A stretch of DNA of 64,000 nucleotides from Octopus sinensis (Eukaryota): contig NC_042999.1 in assembly GCF_006345805.1 (NCBI RefSeq), positions 78,430,001 to 78,494,000 of the forward strand, given 5' to 3'. Under the pieces are notes generated by a model, which made no database searches, had not been told where the DNA came from, and saw only the letters and a list, made by a program, of their open reading frames with translations. Positions 13,707 to 26,561 of the stretch are shown here, one piece after another (position 1 is the stretch's first letter; the number at the start of each line of letters is the position of its first letter). A program made the translations under genes and the position numbers.

Positions 13707-13936
13707 TTATTTTGAATATTCATAAACCAAGATTTATATGTAGATCTATTATTTTATGAAAATCACTATTCACAAAAAAATACTAGGCAATGAACCAGTA
13801 ATTCATTGGATATTTTTATCCCTTTATGAGGCTATTTTAACCTCTAATTAAATTATATATACATACATACATAAATTATATGTATATATATATACATACA
13901 CACACACACAGATATAAGTCTACATATGCATGTATA

Positions 13937-14025
<89 letters not shown>

Positions 14026-14829
14026 ACATTTGGTTTGAAGGCAAGAAGTAAAGATGCATATCCTTGAACAATTTCTGCTTGAGGAGAAGTACAGTATTAT
14101 TCATTTGTATATGGCATTGTTTTATATATGACTTATAAACAGGTTGGTCTTCAGTGTTTAGCCTCTAAAGTTTTTTTTTAATATAGCACTATGATGAAGT
14201 TAGTGAAGCTGATTTCAACTGGGCTTTTGTAGAGGTAACAGCAGCATACTTTCATAACTTAAGCTTCCTATAACTTACCATGGAGAAACAAATGTTATCT
14301 TCATTCTTCTCTCTCTCACTTTCGCTATCTGTGTGTGTGTGTGAGCGCATGTAGACCCTCTGTGTATGTACACTATGTATGTATATACTCTATGTATTTA
14401 TGTAGTATACATATATATATGTATATATATATGCTCTGTGTATATATTTCTTTGTGTAGCTACTTTCGTTTTCTCTATATCTATACAGTACATAGATACA
14501 CATACATGCACGTACATATTTGTGAGAGCATTTGTGCATGTGTATGTCTGCACTCATCTGTCTTTGTATGTTCATATAATTGTGTATGTGTGTGTGCATG
14601 CACTTTTATGAATGGAATGTATATATGTATGTGTGTAAGTGTTTTCATTAAAAGAAAGTGATGTGCATTTCTTTTCCATTATTGGACTATTGAAAAAAAT
14701 GTGCAAGTTTTCTTTTTATTTGGGAAGAGGTCTTGGTAATACATCATCTATAAAAGAAGTAATATAAAAAAAAATAGTTATTATCATGTTGAAAATATTA
14801 TCATAACAAACAATACTAAAATCACAGCT

Positions 14830-15250
14830 ATAAGCACCATCATCCTAACCATCACAATTATCATCACCACAGCCTTCACAAACCATCACAATCATTATCA
14901 CAACCTTCACAATCATTATCATAACTTTTATAATCATTATCACAACCATCACAATCATTATCACAACCTTCACAATCACTATCATAACTTTTATAATCAT
15001 TATCACAACCATCACAATCATTATCACAACCTTCACAATCATTATCATAACTTTTACAATCATTATCACAACCACCACCATCATGACTTTTATAATCATT
15101 ATCACAATCATTATCACAACCTTCATAATCATAATCACAACCATCACAATCATTATCACAACTATAATTATTAACACAATCTTCATGACCATTGTCATAA
15201 CTATCACAACCATTACAATCATTTTCAGAATCTTCACACTACCATCATTA
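14830..15250. repeat. 63-bp higher-order minisatellite built from ATC/ACA triplets
   Basis: caaccttcac recurs at 14901, 14964 and 15027. Confidence 0.85.
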
Positions 15251-15829
15251 CAACTTTCTCAATTAACACCAAACATCACAACCATTTTGACAAATACTAC
15301 TACTACTACTCTCATGGCTGCTGCTGCTGCCCCCCCCCCGACCTGTGGAATTTAATCTATTCACCAAACTGTCTCACTTGCTCTTACTATTCCCTTAAAC
15401 ACTCATATATTTATGATCATCTCAAGTACAAGACAAAAGTTGAAACTAAACAACATTCAATAATACCTTTAATGATAACTGGAAATGATAATAATGATGG
15501 TAATAATGGTAATAAGAACAATTTAGCTAAAACTCATGTTGTATCGGAGGAAATATTAACAATGACAAATAGTAGTAAAAAAAATGAAAATAATAATATC
15601 AGTGATGATGATGATGATGATAATAATAATGAAAGGAAGCAGTTGGAATCTCCCTATGCTCTGATTGATGATACATCTAGTGATGGTGTCACAATAAAAA
15701 CACTGGTAATTGCGCAACCTGATAATCGGTACCACATATGAGTGACAATGAAAAATCAAAATATTGTGAATAACGGTGATAGTGAAACTGAAGCCTTTGA
15801 TGGTGACAGTGTTACACCTGGCAGTCTCA

Positions 15830-16450
15830 GAGATACTGGTCTGATTCCAGCCTGTCGTTATCCAACAAGGGACCAGCACACACAGTGTAGTTGGAACAAA
15901 CAAATCAATGCTGTGATCATGCACAGTACAAAGATCAGTGGGGACAGGCATGTCACCATTAGGCATCATCGAAAATGATAATGCAAAGATCCTATGGGAT
16001 TTTATGATTCAGTGCGACCATGAGATAGAGAATAGGAAGCCAGACATAGTGTTAATTGAGAAAGAAAGCAAACAATGCTGGATCATAGATATAGCATGCC
16101 CAGCTGACAACAAGGTATGTGATAAGGAAGACAGAAAAGTCAATAGATATGACAGGTTAGCTTGGGAGGTAAAGCAGTTGTGGTCAATGAAATAGGTGGT
16201 AGTAGTACCAATAATTGTCGGAGTCTTGGGAACAGTGATTAAAAATCTTGAGAAGTACATGGAACAAATAGGGGCTGCAATATGGGTGGAGCACTTGCGG
16301 AAAACAGCACTGCTTGGAATCACTCGAATACTCCAGATGGTGCTCAAAAAATAAGGGGTGTTACTTTAGCTCACAGGTTGCAAACAGCTGGCACCATAGT
16401 ACATCCCCAGCGTTAGAAGCTGTGCAAAGACAATAAATAATAATAATATT
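15830..16450 (+). mobile_element. R4/Dong-like non-LTR retrotransposon 3' end (restriction-like endonuclease)
   Basis: KILWDFMIQCDHEIENRKPDIVLIEK...IIDIACP...K..RY..LAWEVKQLW...VPIIVGVLG...LRKTALLG; (AAT)n tail. Confidence 0.85.
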
Positions 16451-16714
16451 TATTATTTTATTTCTAAAATAAGTGCAGACCTATAAATTTAGAGAAATGT
16501 ACAGTCAATTAAAAAAATCCCAGTTCTTATCAACCCTAAAATGATGAAAATAAAACCTACCCAGTGAGACTTGAACACCACACATAAAGGGACAACGTAT
16601 TTTGTCTGTTGTGCTATTGATTTTACTATCACCAACCTCGTGGACCTGTTATTATAATTGTATGAAAGCTTGTCTTGCAAAGGAAAATTATAAGTGGTAA
16701 TAAAACGAACTTAC

Positions 16715-16966
16715 TTTGGCAAACTTTTTCGTAGTAGTTGACTGATTTCTCTTCAACAAATAGCAGCTGGTTTAACATATAATGTGCTGTTTTACTCAAA
16801 TGGCAAATACGATTTTTCTCACTGTATTCAAATGACACACACCACTTTTTACTTTTACATTTAGCTGAGCATTCTTCAAAACTTATATTGAATATTCTTT
16901 CATCATTATGGCTCACAATTTTCTTCGCTTCCCATTTTTTGAATTCCAATTTGCCTAAAAGACAAT
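16715..16966 (-). CDS. Internal exon encoding a PAN/Apple domain
   Basis: Acceptor ttttttttcag| and donor CAAA|gtaagt; 252 nt, phase 1-1. Translation (D)CLLGKLEFKKWEAKKIVSHNDERIFNISFEECSAKCKSKKWCVSFEYSEKNRICHLSKTAHYMLNQLLFVEEKSVNYYEKVCQ has the PAN C-x3-C-x5-C.SF.Y....C.L core and terminal YYEK.C. Confidence 0.87.
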
Positions 16967-18194
16967 CTGAAAAAAAAAAAATCCCTCAAAATATATCGAA
17001 AGATTTTAGATTTATAGTAAAAGAAAGGTAAGAATGAAAGTCCTGTTCATTCATGAAAGAAATTGCTTATAAAGATGAATGAAAACTGTTTATGGATTTT
17101 GTTAAATTTCTGCTAACAACTTGAAGTTACACCTGATTATTATGACATAATTTTAAATGCTTATAACCTCTTTATTATTTCGTTTTTGGATTTGGTTTGC
17201 AAGATTCTTTATTATTAATTTCTACAAAAAATGAATGTGACTTCCATCACCAGCATGCAAAATTTTATCAGAACTATATTTTAGGAAAATTATTTTGGCG
17301 AAAATTTGAAGTGGCTGGAAGACATCTAACAAGATCCCTGTTCATTAATTTGTAGTGTTAAATTCAATTCCTAAATTAGCAGATTGATAGTCAGCAATAG
17401 ATCATGTGTGTGTGTGTGTGTGTGTGTGCATGTACTTGTATGTGTGTATGCGTGTGCTTGCATGTGTGCATGCATGTTTGTATGTGTAAACAGCAACATA
17501 ACAAAAGAAAACTTGCAACAATCTCTGTCAAATTTTTAGAATCTGGACACTGGACTAAATCATAACAATCCTAAGCCAAGTGAAGGACATCACGCAGACC
17601 CACTGCCCTTTTATGTACACTTCTAGGAATTTTAGAATTACAAAAGCAACTCATCCTTAACATCACAAATCCACACTTGTCTTCTTCAAATCACATGGAG
17701 TTTCATTATTATACCCAATCATCACACTACTCATGAATAAAGCAAAAAATAAAACAACAAAAACTGGATATATGATAGGCATAAAAAATAACAAAAACAA
17801 TCCAAAAAGTGCTCCTTTAGCAGGCCATTGTCCTCAACAAACTTACATATGCACTCTCACAACAAATGCATAATATGCATAATACATATAACACATGCAC
17901 ACACACACACACACACACACACATTGAAACACAAATACTAATATATAAAATATCACATGCACATATGATGGGTACGGTTTGATGCTTCAATTCCTCACAT
18001 GAAAAATTACTGGCAAACACACAAACCTCCAGATACATGTATAGTTCTCAGGCATATATACAAAAGCCAGATGCAAATATGATGCCTTTGAACACTCCTA
18101 CAACAGTATTTTAACATCCCTAACTCTTTTATTGTGGCCAGAGAAACTGACACATCTTAACACAGAAAAATGGCTGCAGGATTAATGTAAGCCC

Positions 18195-18760
18195 ATCATC
18201 ATCATCATCGTTTAATGTCTGTTTTCCATGCTCGCATGGGTTGGATGGTTTGACCAAGGTCTGGAAAGCCAGTGGCTGCACCAGGCTCCAATCTGATCCG
18301 GCAATGTTTCTACAGCTGGATACTCTTCCTAACACCAACCACTCTGAGAATGTTGTGGGTGCCTTTTATGTGTCATTGGCATAGGAGCCAGTCAGGTGGC
18401 CCTGGTATCAATCATGTTTGGGTAGTGATTTTTACGTGTCACTAGCATGGGAGCCAATCAGGGGGCACTGGCATTGGCCACATTCAGATGGTGCTTTTAA
18501 TGGCCGCTGACATCGGAGCCAGTCAGGCAGCCCTGGCATTGATCACATTCCGATAGTGCTTTTTATGTACCACTGGCATGGGAGCCAGTCAGGGGGCACT
18601 GGCATTGATCATGTTTGGCTAGTGAGTGTTTTTTACATGCCACCAGCACAGGAGCCAGTCAGGCGACTCTGGCATCAGCCACGTTTGAATAGTTCTTTTT
18701 ATGTGTCACCGGCACAGGAGCCAGTCAGGGGGCACTGGCATCGGCCATGGAATGTACATT
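18195..18760 (-). mobile_element. RTE 3' UTR fragment with an about 65-70 bp internal tandem repeat (ggagccagtcagg...ctggcat)
   Basis: Same 3' UTR as 10615-11050 and 19545-19950; about 6 imperfect units. Confidence 0.8.
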
Positions 18761-19544
18761 CCCTGTGTTGTTCATCCCAGTGAGATCTAGCTTTCCTTTC
18801 TGTCTATGGCCACAACCAGAATCAACAGGCATCAAAATGAGCTAATGAGGGAACTTCTAAGTGATAACTCGGCTCATTAGAAACACAGGCAAAGTCTCCC
18901 TCAAACCACATTCTACTGTCTTGTAAAAGGGGACACATTAGATAATGTAATCCATAGTACATTAAACCTGATAATAAAAGATGGTATGGTTATGACTGAA
19001 ATAATTCTTTGATCATGATTCTATGCAATCAGAGCTGACCTGTGGCTAAACAACAACAACATGCATGCAGACACAGAGTTGACAGTAGAGAGAGTAAAGT
19101 ATGCCCCACTGTACCTCACACTGTATGTTAAAGTGTGCAGTATGGTCCTCTAGTAGATTGAAATATGAGATATTTGCTGATCTTGTTTAACAGCACTACC
19201 TCTCTCTTGAACTCCCACTTCTTTGATAAACTTCTTGGACTGTTGTTACATTTCAAAGACTATCTTGCCATCAAAATCCACTCAGATTACTACTGGAACT
19301 CTATATTACTTGAATTGCTTGCTTCCTAGATCTTACTGCACACTGTAGTTGTTTGACCAACTACCGACGTGCCACTGGTCAGCTAGATCAGAGATAATTT
19401 GGGATTACACAATGACAATAGTGAAACAACAAGATCTGTAATAGCAGCATCGAACCTAACTCAATTATAAATTTAAAAACTACCGCCAAGCTCAACATCC
19501 TCAAAGCTTTTACATCCATCCTGATCCCTCCATTATGAGTCATC

Positions 19545-21070
19545 ATCATCATCATCATCATAATTTAACATCTGGCATGGTTTGGACAGTTTGTCCAGGG
19601 TAGGTAAATTTGAAGGCTGCACCGGACTCCAGTTTGATTTGGTATAGTTTCTACAGCTGGATGCTCTTCCTAATGCCAACTGCTTCGAAAGTGTAACGGG
19701 TGCTTTTATGTGTAACTGGCACGGGTGCCATTTGTGTGACGCTGGTATCTGCCATGACTGTGGTTTTGCTCGGCTTGACAGGTCTTCTACTCAAGCACGA
19801 CATAAAGCCAATGATCTTAGTCATTGCCCCCCTGAGGCCAAACACTTGAAAGGAGCTCATCCACTTTACTCCAATGCTTGAAAGGTGCATTTTATGTGTC
19901 AGCAGCATGGGTGCCAGTAACGTGACACCAGCATCAGCCATGACTATGATTTCACTTGGCTTCACAGGTCCCCTTATCACAGCTCATCGCCAAAGGTCTT
20001 GGTAACTAGTCATTGCCTCTGTGAGGCCCAAAGTTCAAAGATCATGCTTCACCACCTCGTCCCATGGATTCCTGGGCCTACCTCTACCACAGGTTCCCTC
20101 AACAGTTAGAGATGGGCACTTCTTTACATAGCTGTCCTTGTCCATATGCATCACGTGTCCATACCAGTGCAGCTGTCTCTCTTGTACACCATATCTGATG
20201 CCTCTTATTCCCAACTTATTCTCAAGATGCTTATGCTCAAACGAACATGCACACTGACATTGCACATCTAGCAAGCATGCTGGCTTCATTTCTTTTAAGC
20301 CTACACATGTCCTCGGCTGTCATAGCCTATACTTCGCTGCCATGTAGTATAGTTGTTCACACACAGGCATCATACAATCTGCTTTTCACTCTGAGAGGGA
20401 GGCCCTTTGTTGCGAGCAGAGGTAGGAGCTCTCTGCACTTTGCCCAGCCTAATCTTATTCTCACAGCTATGCTCTCAGCGTATCCACCTCCACTACTAAC
20501 TTGGTCATCTAGATAACAGAAGTTATGTACTACCTCTAGCTTACCCCACTGGCAGTTGATGGAGTCTATTTTTTGTACATTTTTGGTGTTTATTGTACTT
20601 GAGCATCTTCCGCACACAAACCTTCCTCTGATACTGCTGCTCTTCTTATGTGTCCATAGCTTACACTGGGTACAGCTTATGAAGTTTCTACCTATGCTTT
20701 TTCTACAGATTGAGTAGATTCCTAAATTTCCAACCATATGAAGGGTCCAAAAGCTTCCAAATACTTCTTTTCCAGATTGGTCTGTTTCTTGGCATCCTTC
20801 TGACCTAGAGTCTAAAGTGACTGATGACTAGTCTATACTGGTGGCGAGGGGGGGGGGTACATTCTTCACCAGGGAGGGTCTTTGCATTTAAGAGCAACCA
20901 TACATCCCACTGTTTGGTGAGAATGTAATCAATCTGGTTAGCGCAGTAACCTGACTGATAGGTTATCAGATGGCTGGATGGCTTCCTGAAGTTGCTGATG
21001 CAGATCAATAGGTTATTTGTATTCCAGAACTTCAGTAGCCTTGTGCCCTCATTGTACACCATGGAAGATA
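19545..21070 (-). mobile_element. Internally deleted RTE-clade LINE
   Basis: APE end (NQIDYIL...QYRLVI), Cys-rich insert (CRKSIG...CTQCKLWTHK...CGRC), FCYL...RIRLGWAK, WYGHVMHM, GRGRPR..WDEVVKHDL; 3' UTR and (ATC)n tail. Confidence 0.9.
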
Positions 21071-22735
21071 CCAGGCTGCCATCTGACATGCCCATTGAAA
21101 TCCCCAGCCACATGTTAAAAGCAAATAACCTCCTTGGTCAAAGTCTAATAATCTCCCATAGTTATGAATTATGACCAAAAAAAGAAAAAAACCTTCTTAA
21201 ATAAGAAAGGAATGTGTGTTTGAAGATTTGGTTACTTAGGATTACCACTTTATAGTACCAGTACAGATAATTCTGGACAAATGCATTTGATGCATTTGAT
21301 AGAGGCTTTATGGAAATTCCTGTGCATCATTACATCATATCATACCTGCATCACAGTCAAGATATACTATTGATGTGATGAGACTAAGTAAGCATAAAGA
21401 AAGAAAAATGGAGGTTAAAAAAGAAAATCAGATATATTTACCACATGTTTGGTTCTGTGTGAGGAAAACACACAGGAGATAGTTCTTGTGTAAAACTGCA
21501 CTCAAAAGGAACTGGATGAATTTCAGCATCTGGTTTTTACTTACTTTCTTTACATTTTGTACTACAGAAGGATAGAAAGGGTTATAAAATAATGCAAAAG
21601 AAAACTGAATTGGGGGAGCTTAAAATATATTTCTTACATTAGCAAAAGACCATACATTTCTTGTGTTTGGGTCAGAAAGTTGTATATTTCAATAAACGAC
21701 ATTTAAGTGGCTCAGGAGGAGGGACAAATGGTAAAGTAGTTAACACTGGAGGAAGTTGAACACTGCAGAAGAATGGAACTAAATTCAGTAAGGCTTTTTG
21801 GCTTAGTGCTTCTTATTGACATGGCTTTGAAGATTGAAAAAGTGTGTATATATTGTTTTGTTTAACAAAATTAAGATGGCTTTAAGCTTGCTCAAAACAA
21901 TGGTGGAGAAAGAAAGATTATATGGAGGCAATTCTTATTAATAAAAAGGAGAAAGATAAAAATTTTCACCAATATTTTGGCAATGCGAAGTATTTCTGAA
22001 TTTTAGAATCACATTTTTAGCTGTTGCTCTATTTATTTCATTCCAACTCAACATAAGACCAGTCCTCTGAAGAGTAGGGATTAACTAGAAATAGCAGCCA
22101 GACCTCTCTCAAATTACATCCTTCTGTCATAAACAAAAGAGGAAAAGGATGCATATTGTTCATTGTTAGAATGCTTTTGACCATAAATCTGCTCAATTGC
22201 TTGATTAAGGCTATACAACAACAGAGAAGCTTATGCATCATCGAGGGGACCTAAAAAGACCGAAATATGTCTATTATTTCTCACAGATAAAAAGAAAACA
22301 ATTTCAACCACAACATAAGGGACTAAAGCCATCTGAATATGGCTAGGGACAGGGCAGGGTGGTGGGGGTAGCTTTGTCTATATTAATAAAAACTTAGAAT
22401 ACCAGATTTTACTGGAGTTATTCCCCTTGCTTATGATTTTCAAATTTTAACCATCCCCATCCAGTGGAAATTTTTGTCTCTTAATTACTTGAATAATCCC
22501 AGCTGATGGAAGTTTTTCGATTTACTATTTTACATATGTAAGACCCTGCCATATCTCCATTTGCACATACATCTATGTATCTCAATTCAGCTCCATTCTC
22601 TCCACATTGTAAGTTACAATAAATAAAGTGGGTATTCTTGGTTTTTCTTCAAAATCAATCAGAATTTAATAACAACACTTCACTAGGTGGAAACGAAACA
22701 ACTGTTACAAGTTACTATCAACTTGACAAGCTTAC

Positions 22736-22897
22736 CAGTACAGCTTATTTTCTCTTGTTCCCAGATACCGTTTTTGCACGAAATTTCATCCTCATCAATT
22801 TCTCCTTGATAGCCTTCTAAGCAAGTTACTTTAGCAACACCAGGTTTTGTAAGTTCGACTTCAGCATTGGTGATATTTGGTAAGATGGCGCAGAGGT
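22736..22897 (-). CDS. Internal exon encoding a second Sushi/CCP domain
   Basis: Acceptor tctcatatcag| and donor ACTG|gtaagc; 162 nt, phase 1-1. Translation (D)LCAILPNITNAEVELTKPGVAKVTCLEGYQGEIDEDEISCKNGIWEQEKISCT is paralogous to the 26.4 kb exon and joins it in frame. Confidence 0.87.
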
Positions 22898-22965
22898 CTG
22901 ATATGAGAAATAATAAAGTAAAAAGTAAGAAAAAAAAAACAACCCTACAAAAACAAAACAAAACA

Positions 22966-23373
22966 GAAGGAGTGGCTGTGTGGTAAGTAGCTTGCTAACC
23001 AACCACATGGTTCCGGGTTCAGTCCCACTGCGTGGCATCTTGGGCAAGTGTCTTCTACTATAGCCCCGGGCCGACCAATGCCTTGTGAGTGGATTTGGTA
23101 GACGGAAACTGAAAGAAGCCTGTCGTATATATGTATATATATATATGTGTGTGTGTGTGTGTATGTGTTTGTCCCCCTAGCATTGCTTGACAACCGATGC
23201 TGGTGTGTTTACGTCCCCGTCACTTAGCAGTTCGGCAAAAGAGACCGATAGAATAAGTACTGGGCTTACAAAGAATAAGTTCCGGGGTCGATTTGCTCGA
23301 CTAAAGGCGGTGCTCCAGCATAGCTGCAGTCATATGACTGAAACAAGTAAAAGAGTAAAAGAGTAAAGAGTAA
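22966..23373 (+). mobile_element. tRNA-derived SINE (family 1), near-identical to 1205-1617
   Basis: Same head, core and tail. Confidence 0.9.
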
Positions 23374-24922
23374 ACACTCAAATAAACAATTTGAAATCTT
23401 TTGAAATTGATATGGTATTTTCAATGATGATAAAGATGATGATGATGATGGTGGTGACGAAGACGTTGATGACGACGGTGGTGGTAATGAAGATGATAAT
23501 GATGATGATGATATTGTATTGTTTGGCTCTAGATCAGCTCTGATCAAGTAGATTTATGTTTTAAGGGTGTTCCAGATTTGACTATACCATTTCAGAACTA
23601 CATCATTATGGATACACATCTTTTTCTTAAAATTGGTAGTATGTGACTGAAAGGCGATTTGACTGCTATATCTGGTGGGCTAGATGAGTACATAGCGGTC
23701 ACTTCTGGTGATGACGATAATGAGGAGGAGGAGGAGGAGGAAAACGAAGAGAGGGATGACAAAGACCCATTCTTATTCATATCAGCATCTTTGTCATTAA
23801 CCCTGTACCTCCTCCACTTTACCTCATGATACTAACAGACTGACATGCCCAATGTCATAACATCTCTTTGTCTTCTCTAGACAGAGGGCTCAAATAATTA
23901 AGTCATTGTGGCCTACCAACCATGTCTGTCTTCTACCAGTCTACACAGTTCCACAAAACTTATGTAATGTTATCGTTGAACCTGGCTTTAGGTCTTCTTA
24001 TTGTTTTGCCATATACCACACCTGATAACTGGAACTTGTTAAGGTCTTGTCTTCTACGTATATGGCCGGTAAGGTCCATTTTCTTTAAATGATAGAATGT
24101 AACAGTTTTCCCTGGCACTTTATTTTGTGAAGATCCACTCATTAGTTCTTTTCTCCATCCAGCTGATTCTGAGAATGAGTCTAAAACGCTATTGTTCAAA
24201 TGCTTCAATTTTTCTTTTGTCAATTCCCTTTATAATCCAACATTCAGCTCCATAGGCAGCTACGCTAAATAGCTATGAATTGAGGAGTCATTTTCTTTGT
24301 TTGCAAAGAAATGGCCATTACATCTCTACTGCAACACTAATGCAGCTAAACAAACACTATCATCACCATACACCACAACGATCATCAGCTTCCTATCTTC
24401 ACAACTTCACAGTCACCTGACCAAGCATCAGGTCTCCCACAACCACTGCAACGTTCTCCTCTCACTTCCAGATCTTCGCATCCACCTTAACGTCATTAAA
24501 ACAACCGCTTCCAGCTATATAAAGTCTCTATCCTCAACCATTCCCCCCACATCATCATCATCCCTCCCCATGCTAATTCTTCCTTTCATCACCATTCCCT
24601 GCCCTAGTGAAGTTGTGCTTAATAAGGATCAACCTAATGTTATTGTTATTTGAGCCCCAGATTTGCTCTGATCGAACAAGCTAATGATAATTGATATTCC
24701 AACAGTAACTTCCCCTCTTTATTTATTTATTGTTCAATGTTATATCATTATTTAAGATGGCTGAATGTGAGTCAAAGGAATTCACCTGCTATTTCTAGCT
24801 GGTCTAGCGACTCCACAAAAGGATCCTTAAGTAGCTTATGTAGCGCCAATTCAGCTCTATAGCATGTATATAGTCAACTTAACTACTAAGGTATGACCCT
24901 TACATGTATTGCTTTTGGTATA

Positions 24923-26294
24923 CAGGGTGCGTCAGTTTTTTGAGGACACTTCTTTCAAGACTTCTAACTTATTTTTTGTATCTTACTTTTCAGATAAATA
25001 ATGTCAGACATGAGGTTGACTCAGTAAATGAAAAGGCACGCTGTAACCATTGCCTTAAAAGTACAGCATAGTGACACAAAAACAGCTTGCTTCCTGAAAG
25101 TTACTAATCCTTCATTGTCACAGTTCAAAAGAGATGGAAGCTGCTAGCAGGGATCCAACATCAACAGCTAAATGCAAAACGCATGCAGTGTCCTAATACT
25201 ATTAGAATACATAACATTGCACCAAAAGTCTAAAAGATAATCGATAAAAACCTCAGAAAGTAAATCAGAGCCATTGCAAAGGGCCTCAAGGTTTTGGAAT
25301 GCATCATCAAAAGAGCTGTGCACGAGGACATTGAGTACAAGCTGTATGTGATGCAGAGGGGTCAGTTTATATCTTGAATGGGACAAGAGAGAATTGTTCG
25401 ATCCGTGCAAAGGGTTTGCTGGACAAGTTAAAACATCAAGAGGCTGCAATGCCTTGATTTTCCTCTGATGAGAAAAAACATTGCTCAGGACCAAAAGGTA
25501 AACTGAAGAAACAACAAATAGTTATTCAGAGATCCAAATGAGGCTCCAACAGTCATGCATACTAAGTTCCAAGCAACTGTTATGGGCCTGGCAGTCATCA
25601 ACAAGAAAGGAGATATCATGCGTCCTTACTTTTTTTCACAGGTCTTAAAAGTCAATGTCGTTGTCTATACAGAGGTGTTGCAAAATTATAAGGCTCTGGA
25701 TAGACAGAATATGCAATGGAAGATTGTACATCTTTCAACAAAACTGTGTGCTCTCTCATAAGATTGGAACAATCCAACAGTGGATATGTACCGATTTCCA
25801 TGATCATGTTCTCCCAGACATAGCCTCCTGGCTCCCCAGACCTCAGTCCACTGGACATTTATGTATGGGGAGTAGGAGAGAGAGAGAGAGAGAGCGAGAG
25901 AGAGGAGGGAGAGAAATGGAGAGAAAGAGAGAAAAAGAGACAGATAGATAGATAGAAAGAGAGAGAGAGAAAGTGATTGATAGATAGATAGAGAGAAAGA
26001 GAGAGAGATAAGTCAATCAACTTCCCCATAACACCATACAATCTCTCAAGTCCACTATAACCTGCACTATGTCCAAAACTATGAAAGATCATCTGATTCA
26101 GGCATGTCAATGCTTCTGACCCCGTATTAAAGTTTCTATTAATGCTAACAGTGGATTTATTGAATAGGTGAGATAAAAGGATTTTCAAGGTTAATGGTAC
26201 CAATTTTCAAATACAGCTTTTCTTTTCTTTTTGATGAGTTATTCCTCTTTTTCTGAATTCATAAAAAATGGCTTCAAAGTACTGACACACCCTG
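24923..26294 (+). mobile_element. Degenerate Tc1/mariner element (maT/DD37D-like) with TIRs
   Basis: TA|cagggtgcgtcagt ... actgacacaccctg|TA; remnants IRAIAKGL...VHEDIEYK, TKFQATVM...GDIMRPYFF...VN...Y, FQQN...SH. Confidence 0.8.
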
Positions 26295-26393
26295 TATTTT
26301 GACACATCTTCTTGGTGACCATATTGCACATTTCACCATGTAATGTTTAATGGTATGAATAAAATCGATAAGTTTGAATTTGATTTGAATTAC

Positions 26394-26561
26394 CTGTGCA
26401 GTTTATTTCAGATTGTGTCCATGTTTTATTCTGGCAGGTGAGAATCTCTGTTTCATGTGTTCCCTTGTAACCTTCCAGGCAATTTACTTTCAGAGTGCCC
26501 GATTCCGTTTGTGTCAGATTTGCATGTGCTACAGTTGGTTTTTCACCGCAGGGACTAAGAG
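26394..26561 (-). CDS. Internal exon encoding a Sushi/CCP (SCR) domain of a Sushi-Sushi-PAN protein
   Basis: Acceptor ctcattccag| and donor ACAG|gtaatt; 168 nt, phase 1-1. Translation (A)LSPCGEKPTVAHANLTQTESGTLKVNCLEGYKGTHETEILTCQNKTWTQSEINCT has 4 Cys, the C.EGY motif and Trp before the last Cys. Confidence 0.85.

Noticed and set aside
14845-15355. M/I/V-rich and T/I-rich ORFs
   Set aside because: Stop-free by construction of the 63-bp triplet minisatellite.
15427-15741. N/D-rich plus-strand ORF
   Set aside because: Largely AAT/GAT triplet sequence with no domain; adjacent to R4-like debris.
18350-18760. Regularly spaced repeats superficially like CRISPR (also 28.9-29.7 kb)
   Set aside because: Eukaryotic context; the units are RTE 3' UTR minisatellite or SINE copies, with no unique spacers and no cas genes.
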